Origin: Enoplolaimus lenunculus
Taxonomy: Eukaryota
Direction of reading: 5' to 3'
Assembly: GCA_030248215.1 (NCBI GenBank)
Contig: JASANG010003910.1
Span: forward strand, 62,001 to 126,000
DNA length: 64,000 nucleotides
Positions 63,816 to 64,000 of this stretch are shown piece by piece. Position numbers and translations under genes: made by a program. Numbering within the stretch: the first letter of the stretch is position 1; every line of letters starts with the position of its first letter. The notes beneath the pieces are model-generated. The model searched no databases, was not told the DNA's origin, and was given only the letters and a program-made list of their open reading frames with translations.

Positions 63816-64000
63816 GACTTTAAACACGAATAATATTTATCATAACCTAACAAATCGTTTATGTACTAAAGTTCCGTCTAAGCATTTGAAATAATGAATG
63901 AGTGTTTTACAAATGAAAAACACGGGAATTGTTACAGTTTTGATAAATGGTATTATTTTTGAAACTGAGGCTAAGACTTTAAGGTAACACCATACGTTTG

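Overview
AT-rich, intron-rich, repeat-dense animal genomic DNA. Frequent TTT(C/T)AG splice acceptors and TTAGGC-rich repeats suggest a nematode, possibly an early-branching one; this is inference only. Six spliced genes can be rebuilt by hand with GT-AG junctions and continuous frames: an RDH11/12/13-like SDR (+), a GNB1L/ASA1-like WD40 gene (+), the CCA-adding enzyme TRNT1 (+), a canonical Polycomb/CBX gene (-), VAMP7 (-, almost invisible in the ORF track) and a Josephin deubiquitinase (+). Introns and intergenic DNA carry hAT-, Harbinger- and Tc1-like MITEs, DINE-1/Helentron-like elements, non-LTR retrotransposon fragments and minisatellites. The most unusual structure is at 48767-50105: a tandem array of miniature LTR retrotransposons (four ~254-bp TG...CA LTRs, three 107-bp spacers with PBS and PPT, one 5-bp TSD). 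Its LTRs carry tRNA-derived Pol III promoter heads of two different types, and diverged relatives lie near 11.9-12.9 kb.
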